From: Campylobacterota bacterium
GTDB taxonomy: Bacteria > Campylobacterota > Campylobacteria > Campylobacterales > Sulfurimonadaceae
Assembly (NCBI GenBank): GCA_034717975.1
Contig: JAYEMF010000021.1
Span: forward strand, 1 to 22,508
Direction: 5' to 3'
DNA: 22,508 nt
Made by a program: the position numbers and the translations under genes. Below are positions 1-6,929 of this stretch, piece after piece; within the stretch, counting starts at the first letter, position 1, and the number at the start of each line of letters is the position of its first letter. The notes beneath the pieces are model-generated. The model worked only from the letters and a program-made list of their open reading frames with translations. It did no database searches and was not told where the DNA came from.

Positions 1-2
1 GT

Positions 3-815
3 TCGGATGCACAGTATGCATTGGGAAATATCTACTTTAAAGGGCCTGAACTTTTCAAAGAAGCGGAAAACTTTTTCTACAGCTATAAAGACAATAACAG
101 AGGTTCATACTGGTATGATCAGGCGGCAATGCAAGGCGATGAACGTGCAATGTGCAAGCTGGTTCGTTTGTATGCCGATTCGGAAGAAGTGGAACAATAT
201 CTCGACATCAGTGCTTACTGGGCATATATGCTTCGTCAGAAGGAGAATGATTGTACCGATGACCTTTGGAACAGCATGGAGTTACATCAGTATCTGAACT
301 TTGACAATGATGGCAATCCGTCCAAGCCTGATACCCTCGATAAAATACTGAAAGATGCTGAATATTGGAATAGCTTGGGAGCACCTGATATAGACTATGA
401 CATGCCGCCACCAATAGATGATTCCTTGGGTGATGATGTACAGATAGAAAATGCGTTCAAAACAGAGGGTATTGTCAAGTTCGGCGACCGGGTCAGGGTC
501 ATATCAACCGAACTGACGGATCAAAAGGATTTGTCCGGCCTTGAGGGTGATGTTACCGGTATTTCCACACCGTCAATGTTTCCCGATGATTACTACGGCG
601 AAGTCGTCGGAGAACCCGAAAACGATGAGTTGGTAAGTGTCTTTTTCAATGAATCAAACAAGACGTTCTGGTTTGCACCGCATCTGCTTGTACGAATAGA
701 ATCCGATGGTGATATGCAGATAAGTGTAGAGAGTACCGGTATGACTTTTCAGCAAGATGCGGAAGGGAACTGGACAGAACGGACTTCTGACAAACCCTGG
801 TGGAAGTTCTGGTGA
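3..815 (+). CDS. Sel1-like repeat protein fused to an acidic C-terminal domain ending KPWWKFW (5'-partial)
   Basis: The frame is open from the window edge and reads SDAQYALGNIYFKG, a Sel1 helix motif, so the TTG at 21 is an internal Leu. YWYDQAAMQGDERAM is a second Sel1 signature. The C-terminal domain runs VKFGDRVRV...FWFAPHLL...KPWWKFW. Confidence 0.8.
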   Translation, partial: SDAQYALGNIYFKGPELFKEAENFFYSYKDNNRGSYWYDQAAMQGDERAMCKLVRLYADSEEVEQYLDISAYWAYMLRQKENDCTDDLWNSMELHQYLNFDNDGNPSKPDTLDKILKDAEYWNSLGAPDIDYDMPPPIDDSLGDDVQIENAFKTEGIVKFGDRVRVISTELTDQKDLSGLEGDVTGISTPSMFPDDYYGEVVGEPENDELVSVFFNESNKTFWFAPHLLVRIESDGDMQISVESTGMTFQQDAEGNWTERTSDKPWWKFW

Positions 816-856
816 TCATATGGTGCTAACTCAACTTTCGCACATAAAAAACGGCT

Positions 857-881
857 GTCATTCCGGGCTTGACCCGGAATC
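857..881. repeat. REP/RPE-like palindrome, copy 1
   Basis: GTCATTCCGGGCTTGACCCGGAATC: stem ATTCCGGG (860-867) / CCCGGAAT (873-880) with loop CTTGA. Confidence 0.75.
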
Positions 882-914
882 TAGTGGTTTTTATGTTTAA
901 GACCTTGCAGCTGT

Positions 915-968
915 GGACCCCGGATCACAACCCAGGTTGTCCCTCTTGACCTTGAAGTCCGGGGTGAC
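915..968. repeat. REP/RPE-like palindrome, copy 2 (inverted, interrupted by 28 bp)
   Basis: GGACCCCGGATC (915-926) and AAGTCCGGGGTGAC (955-968) join into a sequence whose reverse complement, GTCACCCCGGACTTGATCCGGGGTCC, aligns without gaps to copy 1. The insert is 927-954. Confidence 0.65.
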
Positions 969-1034
969 GGCATGTGCGAAAGTTGAGTTACCCTTTTCTC
1001 TTTTCTTTCAGGAGAATCTTCCATGTACATGTCT

Positions 1035-1059
1035 AAAAAACGGCCGATAAAAGCCGTTT
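1035..1059 (-). terminator. Intrinsic terminator downstream of the 1085-1540 gene
   Basis: Stem AAACGGC (1038-1044) / GCCGTTT (1053-1059) with an 8-nt loop. The A6 run at 1035-1040 gives a U-tract on the minus strand. Confidence 0.55.
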
Positions 1060-1084
1060 AAAGAAGATATGAAAAAGCAGGAAG

Positions 1085-1540
1085 TTACCGGTCCATGCCT
1101 ATATGTACTTTGAAATTCCCTTCAAGATCTGCTGATTTCTCATTTATACTAAGATGAAGATAGCCACTTTGACGTGTTGGAATTCTTGATTTTTTTCCGA
1201 TATAAAAAGGCTCTGAAGGGTTAATATTGCTTTTTATAGGGTATATTTTTCCAATCAATGCCCCTTTAGGTGCATTTGGCATAGGGTATCCTTTGCCGGC
1301 TTTTTCTGTGCTGTCTCCACTGGCGCTCGTGACCTGTGTTTTATCGTTACGGGTAAAGTATCCGCCTGTCTGCACTACCCATACGCCATCCCCCTGAAAG
1401 ACATATACATTTGTCTGCTGCCAGTTTTCTTTACTGGCGTCAACCCAAAATTCACGGCTCCCATTTCCTTTCCACTCTGCGAACACCTGAGCTGAAAAGA
1501 ACATTAATGCTATTGCCAGAATAAATCTAGAAACTTTCAT
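1085..1540 (-). CDS. Secreted LecA/PA-IL-like (galactose-binding-fold) protein
   Basis: Signal peptide ending VFA and a GGGGA RBS. Motifs WQQTNVYV..GD, PNAPKGALIGKI, PFYIG and SGYLHLSINE...GNFKVHI are typical of PA-IL-like beta-sandwiches. Confidence 0.65.
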   Translation of the reverse strand: MKVSRFILAIALMFFSAQVFAEWKGNGSREFWVDASKENWQQTNVYVFQGDGVWVVQTGGYFTRNDKTQVTSASGDSTEKAGKGYPMPNAPKGALIGKIYPIKSNINPSEPFYIGKKSRIPTRQSGYLHLSINEKSADLEGNFKVHIGMDR

Positions 1541-1681
1541 TTACTTCCCCTTGATTTTTTTAAAGATACATATGCGTTTCTCACTAAGAGTCTAAATTGT
1601 ATGACATAAACCTCATACCCAGGTTCTTTCATATGCAGCTTTAAACCATTATAAAATAAAGATTCTTATTTAAATATTAGT

Positions 1682-1687
1682 TATAAT
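1682..1687 (+). promoter_or_regulatory. Candidate sigma70 -10 box for the 1742 gene
   Basis: Perfect TATAAT in the AT-rich divergent intergenic region, upstream of a GGAG RBS. Confidence 0.4.
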
Positions 1688-1741
1688 ATATTTTTAAGCA
1701 ATAAAAAGCATTATCACATCATAAACAAATGGAGAAGCAAA

Positions 1742-2269
1742 ATGAAAAAAGTCCTATATATGATCCTTGTTTTTCTACTGCCCATCCTGCTTCAGGCTGA
1801 ACTGTTTCCGACACTGCAAAGCGAAGATGAAGCAGTTGAAAAAAATCTTCAACAGCTTGATGATGACATATCGGTTGTATGGGAATACCCGTTTACAAAA
1901 AAGGTGAAGATACAAGAAGACGGTACGCCACAGCGGGTCTTCAGCAGCAGTATTGGGAGCAGAACGATGATCTGGATAAGTATAGTTAAAAACAGAAATC
2001 GCTCCGAAGTAAAAAATATTGTAACAGAGTGTGTCAATTCTGGTGTAGAAGTGGCCGATCCGAAAGATATAAAAATTGAATATGGCACTTATGAAAACAG
2101 TGTCAGTGCTACAGGTAGTTTTGATTTCATTTTGAACGGTGCAGCGTTTAACGGAACCATTCAGTGTGCTCTTCCGAATAATCAGCTGTTGATGACACTC
2201 GTGTTAAGTGATCAAAACAGTTTTTATCTGCATCATAAACTGCTTAAGAACCTGCGCCTGAATCATTGA
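1742..2269 (+). CDS. Exported hypothetical protein
   Basis: GGAG RBS, signal peptide MKK..hydrophobic..LLQA, two Cys; no recognised family. Confidence 0.7.
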   Translation: MKKVLYMILVFLLPILLQAELFPTLQSEDEAVEKNLQQLDDDISVVWEYPFTKKVKIQEDGTPQRVFSSSIGSRTMIWISIVKNRNRSEVKNIVTECVNSGVEVADPKDIKIEYGTYENSVSATGSFDFILNGAAFNGTIQCALPNNQLLMTLVLSDQNSFYLHHKLLKNLRLNH

Positions 2270-3095
2270 AGTAAAAATGGTCCGTATAGCGCCACAGCTC
2301 CGCACTATCCCAAAGAGCATCCGCACAACCGTTTCCGAGCAACCTTGCCTGCTGTGCCCAATGCGCGCACGCTTTCAGGTTCTGTGGCACCATTTTGCTT
2401 TCATAATAGATCCTTGTCAGATAACAGGCAGACTGGTCATCGCCCCCGTTTGCCGCATGCTGATACCAGAAAAGCGCATTTTCGATCTCTTTAGGCAGGT
2501 GCTCACCATTGTAATGAAGAGTTGCAAGCGTTCTTTGTGCCATCCAGTCACCAAGTTCTGCACCTTGCTGCAACCAGTACACCCCTTTATCTGCATCGAC
2601 TTCGACACCGTCACCGTTGAAATAGATCAAACTGAGGTAGTAGGGGGCATTCGGGACCTTGCTTTCTGCGGCACTGTGCAGCAACGGGATGGCTTTGGCA
2701 ACATCTTTTTCGACATCTTGTCCCAGATAGTAGATCACTCCGAGAACGTACTTTGAAAGGGGGAAGTTCAGTTCTGCAGCTCGTTGATACCAGTAAAATG
2801 CCTTATTGAAGTCTCTTTCGACGAGCTCGCCTTCATAATAGAACCGTGCAAGCTGATCCTGTGAATATGAATCGTTTTGCTCGGCAGCCTTTTCAAACCA
2901 GTAAATGCTTTGCTGCATGTCCTGCTCGACGCCTTTGCCATTGGCATATAGCAGGCCCAAATAGTATTGTGCTTCAAGAATATGCTGATCAGACTCCTTG
3001 CCTTGTGCAATCGGCAGGAATAACTCGATACATTTTTCATACTCATCGTTCTTGTAAGCAGTCATCGCCGTTGTAAAGTTTTTCTCGGTTTCCAT
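2244..3095 (-). CDS. Sel1-like repeat protein (~6 repeats, no signal peptide)
   Basis: Repeated AQYYLGLLYANGKGVEQD...YWFEKAAEQ units with ~36-aa period; AGGAG RBS. Confidence 0.9.
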   Translation of the reverse strand: METEKNFTTAMTAYKNDEYEKCIELFLPIAQGKESDQHILEAQYYLGLLYANGKGVEQDMQQSIYWFEKAAEQNDSYSQDQLARFYYEGELVERDFNKAFYWYQRAAELNFPLSKYVLGVIYYLGQDVEKDVAKAIPLLHSAAESKVPNAPYYLSLIYFNGDGVEVDADKGVYWLQQGAELGDWMAQRTLATLHYNGEHLPKEIENALFWYQHAANGGDDQSACYLTRIYYESKMVPQNLKACAHWAQQARLLGNGCADALWDSAELWRYTDHFYFNDSGAGS

Positions 3096-3112
3096 GATGT
3101 CTCCTTTTTACT

Positions 3113-4522
3113 TTAATCCCAACTGTGACATGGGAAAGGTTTGACATTAGCAGAAGGATTTTCCAGTAGTTTATTTGCGTCTGTATGTCCTCCATTAGCC
3201 GCTCTTTTAAGCCAGTATTGTGCCAGTTCTTCGTCTTTGTAGGCCTCATTGGTATACATGCATGCAAGTTCAAATTGTGCCTGATGTCCACCATGCTCCG
3301 CAGCCTTTTTCAGCCAGTAGATCTCCATATTTATGTCTTTATACTCCCCACGTGCATAAAAAACTGAAAGATCGTGTTCTCCAAGTCCTATCTTTGCAGC
3401 TTGTTTGAAGTATTCGAATGACTTTTTCCGGTTGACCATTCTGCCGATTTTATAAAAATTTGCCAGTGCGTACAGTGCCCAGGCATTTCCCTGTTCAGCC
3501 GCTTTTTCAAGCCATTTCACTCCTTCATCCTCATCTCTTTGGATGTGCCGACCCCACAATAACCAAATTCCAATAATATACTGTGATCTGGAAAACCCCT
3601 GTTCGGCAGCTTTGAGGTACCATTTCAGTGCTTCAGCATGGTTTGCTTGTTCTTCATGCATGACTGCCAGGTAGTGCTGTGCCTTCATATCGCCTGTCAC
3701 TGCATAGGCTTTGAGAATTTGGAAAGCGGTATCGTCTTGAGGGTGTCCGTTTAAATAGAATTGGTAGGCAATGTTTATCTGGTATTTTCTCTGTTCATGA
3801 TTTGCATAACGTGCGGCTTGTTGGTAAAGGCTGACGCTTTTGTGATGATTTCTGCATACATAATTACCCAAAGTGTACATTCTTGCGTGCGCAAAATACC
3901 CACGACTGTCATCATTTTTTATCAATGACAGGCCGGTATAAAATTGAGCTTCAGGATTGGGTTTTACTTCTTCCCAGATCATAGATAGGTAGAATTCGGC
4001 TTTTTGATGGCCCTGCTCGGATGCTTTGCCAAACCAGTAACCGGCTTTGTCCATATCGCCCTTGATAAAAATCCCCCTGTAATACATGTAGCCAAGTTGG
4101 TACTGGGCTTCGGGGTCACCAAGCGTTGCCGCGTCGAGGTAAGCCTGAAAAACTTTGGAAAGATTCTTGTCGTTGTGTGGGTTGTAGTCGTATATGATTT
4201 TCCCCAGATAGTAGTATGCCCGGGCATGTCTCTGTCTTGCAGCTTTTTTAAACCAGTTAAGCGCCTGTTTTATATCTTGATCTTTGCCAAGACCAAGGTA
4301 ATAGATCCGTCCCAGATGGAACTGTGCATCAGCTTCGTTATTATCAGCAGCTTTGCTCAACCATTCATGGCCTTCTGTATATTTTTTTTGTTGCATATAA
4401 ATCATACCGATATTGTATTGAGCGGCTGTATTGCCTTTATTAGCTAGGGTTTTGAAGATTTGCAGAGCTTGTTCCATCTCTCCTTTACCCCATGCTTCTT
4501 CGGCAGACTTGAAATCATCCAT
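3113..4522 (-). CDS. Sel1-like repeat protein (~10 repeats, no signal peptide)
   Basis: AQYNIG, AQFHLG and AQYQLG...WFKKAA repeats. Start reassigned to ATG 4522 (MDDFK), 7 nt after an AAGGA that overlaps the upstream stop. Confidence 0.88.
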   Translation of the reverse strand: MDDFKSAEEAWGKGEMEQALQIFKTLANKGNTAAQYNIGMIYMQQKKYTEGHEWLSKAADNNEADAQFHLGRIYYLGLGKDQDIKQALNWFKKAARQRHARAYYYLGKIIYDYNPHNDKNLSKVFQAYLDAATLGDPEAQYQLGYMYYRGIFIKGDMDKAGYWFGKASEQGHQKAEFYLSMIWEEVKPNPEAQFYTGLSLIKNDDSRGYFAHARMYTLGNYVCRNHHKSVSLYQQAARYANHEQRKYQINIAYQFYLNGHPQDDTAFQILKAYAVTGDMKAQHYLAVMHEEQANHAEALKWYLKAAEQGFSRSQYIIGIWLLWGRHIQRDEDEGVKWLEKAAEQGNAWALYALANFYKIGRMVNRKKSFEYFKQAAKIGLGEHDLSVFYARGEYKDINMEIYWLKKAAEHGGHQAQFELACMYTNEAYKDEELAQYWLKRAANGGHTDANKLLENPSANVKPFPCHSWD

Positions 4523-4532
4523 TGTCAAATCC

Positions 4533-6299
4533 TTATTCTTCTTGCAGCCTTTCCATGGCATCTTCGATGTAGAGTTTGTTGTAAGGAGTGCGCTTCATCT
4601 CTTTACGATAAAAAGCCATTACCTCTTTTTTTTTGCTTTTAAAGGTAGTCAGAACATTCATGATCTGGTGCTGTATGTAGTTTTGATTTTTATCAAAATC
4701 TTTTATTAGCGTATCGTATGCACCAGGACCTATCATGATGAATGTCTGGCTGATCTCATTATGTAAACCTTTGCTGGAAGGGTAGGTGGCATGTAGTATC
4801 TCCCATGCTTTTTGATCAGTCGTACGGATATTGCCCAATGTCGCGATAAGTGCTTTCATTGTTGTGTAATCACCATCTTTCAAACGCATTTTACGCAGTT
4901 TTTTGATTATTGCCTGTTCGGCAGGTTTGGCCCGTTCACCCATCAGTGAAAGGTATTTGGCATGGAGTTGCCTTTCGTGCCAGTGGTCGTCAAAAAGTTT
5001 TTCGCCACACTCTTTGGCTGTCGGGACCATGGATGAAGCGATGTTGTGTTTGATGAGAAACTCTATACGGTCGATGCGCTGGGAACGGATGGTAGTGAGA
5101 GGAAAAACTTCGGCTGTCTTTTTGGATGTTTTTTTGATAAGTTCGTCAAGATCTGTTTTGCTGGCTTTGCCTTTTCCCACATCAAAGCTCATTTTTCTGA
5201 TGAAACTCCAAAGTGTTTCGTTCAGTTTCTCAGAAGGTTCGAAACTGTTTACAGAAACGATCAGCTGATTGAAACGGGATTCGGTCGGCTCCTTATAGTA
5301 ACGTGACAGTAGTATTTCAAAAAGTTCATATTGTGATTTTTCATCAAATTTATGGATTGTTTTTTTGTAAAGTTTTTCAAAATCATCGCTTTTATGCAGT
5401 TTTAGTGATTGAAAGATATTAAAGGCGACTTCCGCAAAACTAAATTTTGTCGGCAGCCCTATTTCTCCTTTTTTTGCGCTCTTCAGAATAGCGTCTTGAT
5501 ATTGTCTGAAGTTTGGGTTGTTTTCATCAAGAATAAGGTGGTTAAAGCTTCTGGTAGTACCCCTGTCTGATTGTTTGTAAAGTTTAAAAATGACAGGCCA
5601 CTCCTCTTGACGGATGCCGCCGTGTCGTTTTAGGTGACGTATGATGGAATAAGCGAGGTCATGGCTGGTTGGATAGACACTCTCTTTTGGAGGGAACTCA
5701 ATTTTTTTCAATGTTTCAAACAAGAAAGTACGGTAGGTTTCAGAGTCGATTTTCAGGCGATACAATGTGCGCATGACTGTCTCATGAAAGTCAAAACAGT
5801 TTACGGTAAAAGGGTGCTTGACAGCTTCAGTGACTACGGCATCTACCTTCTTCTTTGTAGAGAGGTCTTTCAACAGTATTTCTATCTTCTCAATCTTTCG
5901 CTCACATACGTTTTTAGGGTTCTTTTTTTCGGAAATCAGTTCATCAAAGCTCTCTCCAACGGCATCGGGATCGACATCGACTTCAGCCTTGATGTAGAAA
6001 CTCTCTCCATTCCACTTCTCTTCCAGAATTTTTGTTTTGGCAATCGCCTGAGAGAAGCTTTCAAACTTGTCACGGATCACTTTGTTGGCCTCTTCGCCAT
6101 CGAGGCTCTGCTCTTTAAAGTAAGACGATCGTACCTGTACACCCACCTCTTCGATCAGCAGCAGTTTTAATTGTGACAGAGCGGCTTTCCTGGCACTCAC
6201 TTTCGAGTCGTTTTCACTGGCGTTGTAGGTATATTCACGGACATAGTTTTTCGCATCTAAAAGCAGTGAAAGCGCAATTATAAACAGAATTACCCTCAT
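4533..6299 (-). CDS. Exported hypothetical protein with an LPP20/FlgT-N-like N-terminal domain and a helical C-terminal region
   Basis: 588-aa ORF with AGGAAG RBS and signal peptide ending LLLDA. The pattern REYTYNAS..SARKAAL..LIEEVGVQVRSS..KILEEKWNG..YIKAEVDVD resembles LPP20/FlgT-N domains; the domain call is tentative. Confidence 0.7.
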   Translation of the reverse strand: MRVILFIIALSLLLDAKNYVREYTYNASENDSKVSARKAALSQLKLLLIEEVGVQVRSSYFKEQSLDGEEANKVIRDKFESFSQAIAKTKILEEKWNGESFYIKAEVDVDPDAVGESFDELISEKKNPKNVCERKIEKIEILLKDLSTKKKVDAVVTEAVKHPFTVNCFDFHETVMRTLYRLKIDSETYRTFLFETLKKIEFPPKESVYPTSHDLAYSIIRHLKRHGGIRQEEWPVIFKLYKQSDRGTTRSFNHLILDENNPNFRQYQDAILKSAKKGEIGLPTKFSFAEVAFNIFQSLKLHKSDDFEKLYKKTIHKFDEKSQYELFEILLSRYYKEPTESRFNQLIVSVNSFEPSEKLNETLWSFIRKMSFDVGKGKASKTDLDELIKKTSKKTAEVFPLTTIRSQRIDRIEFLIKHNIASSMVPTAKECGEKLFDDHWHERQLHAKYLSLMGERAKPAEQAIIKKLRKMRLKDGDYTTMKALIATLGNIRTTDQKAWEILHATYPSSKGLHNEISQTFIMIGPGAYDTLIKDFDKNQNYIQHQIMNVLTTFKSKKKEVMAFYRKEMKRTPYNKLYIEDAMERLQEE

Positions 6300-6310
6300 G
6301 TTCTTCCTTC

Positions 6311-6787
6311 TTATTTTTTAGGATAATGAAGTTCTTTATGGATTATTACACCATTTTCAAACTTTAGCCACAGCTCTTTTTCATATGTAGGATTGTAGCC
6401 ATTGAAAAATTCAATGATCTCTCCTTCTGGAATAAGCAAATCTCCACTGTACCATGTGGCTTTAATTGGTCCTTCTTGTGATGGAAACAGTTTGGATAAT
6501 GGGATTTCCGGGGGCTTTGGAACACATTCACCATTACGAAGAGCAACCAGAAAAAGTGTGTCATCTATGATCTTCCATTTGGCAACGTAACCTCGCCATA
6601 CCGCGGTGCATTGAACGGGGAAGAGGTCTCTGTGCCTGATCCCTTTTTTATAGACGTAACTGTCGAGCGGAAAGTGATAAAGGGGGTACTCTTTGTCCTG
6701 ATAAATAATGGTATCGTGTACCTGAACCGTCGCAAAGAGTGCAGTTGAGAAAAAAAGTATGAAAAAGAGGAATCGCATAATTCTCAT
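6311..6787 (-). CDS. Exported conserved hypothetical protein (TxQ..D / TAxWRGY family)
   Basis: Signal peptide ending ALFA, then TVQVHDTIIY, CTAVWRGYVAKWKI and IKATWYSGDL; first gene of a tightly packed 4-gene minus-strand run. Confidence 0.75.
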   Translation of the reverse strand: MRIMRFLFFILFFSTALFATVQVHDTIIYQDKEYPLYHFPLDSYVYKKGIRHRDLFPVQCTAVWRGYVAKWKIIDDTLFLVALRNGECVPKPPEIPLSKLFPSQEGPIKATWYSGDLLIPEGEIIEFFNGYNPTYEKELWLKFENGVIIHKELHYPKK

Positions 6788-6835
6788 TTTGATGCCTTTG
6801 ATATGTAGTATACAAAAAATATTCTCAAAGTTATA

Positions 6836-6858
6836 ATCTTGAGTAAATAGGTCAGGAT
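6836..6858. promoter_or_regulatory. Candidate Rrf2-family (IscR type-1-like) operator
   Basis: Imperfect palindrome ATCTTGAgtaaataggTCAGGAT, 2 bp upstream of the -35 of the operon encoding an Rrf2 regulator. Confidence 0.55.
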
Positions 6859-6860
6859 GC

Positions 6861-6889
6861 TTGACAATAAATCAAAATAGCTATAAACT
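6861..6889 (+). promoter_or_regulatory. sigma70 promoter for the DUF4395-Rrf2 operon
   Basis: TTGACA (6861-6866), 17-nt spacer, TAAACT (6884-6889). Confidence 0.65.
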
Positions 6890-6929
6890 CGCCGGATATA
6901 TAAATAAACATAATAAACAAGGATCTGAA

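Larger units (their letters stand above)
827..990. mobile_element. MITE-like non-autonomous element (~164 bp) with perfect 19-bp terminal inverted repeats
   Basis: TAACTCAACTTTCGCACAT (827-845) is the exact reverse complement of ATGTGCGAAAGTTGAGTTA (972-990). The outer TA could be a target duplication. No ORF inside; it lies between convergent genes. Confidence 0.7.

Noticed and set aside
827..990. CRISPR array or tRNA/ncRNA reading of the palindromic region
   Set aside because: Repeats are inverted and only two, with no repeat-spacer periodicity or cloverleaf.
4523..4561. ORF-track N-terminal extensions (also 6861-6929, 9201-9254, 9379-9411, 20641-20649)
   Set aside because: They overlap upstream genes or promoter elements; downstream ATGs fit RBS positions or family starts better.
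4626..4634. T9 homopolymer as a phase-variation tract
   Set aside because: It encodes a Lys run in an AT-rich intact gene; contingency tracts in this phylum are mostly poly-G/C.
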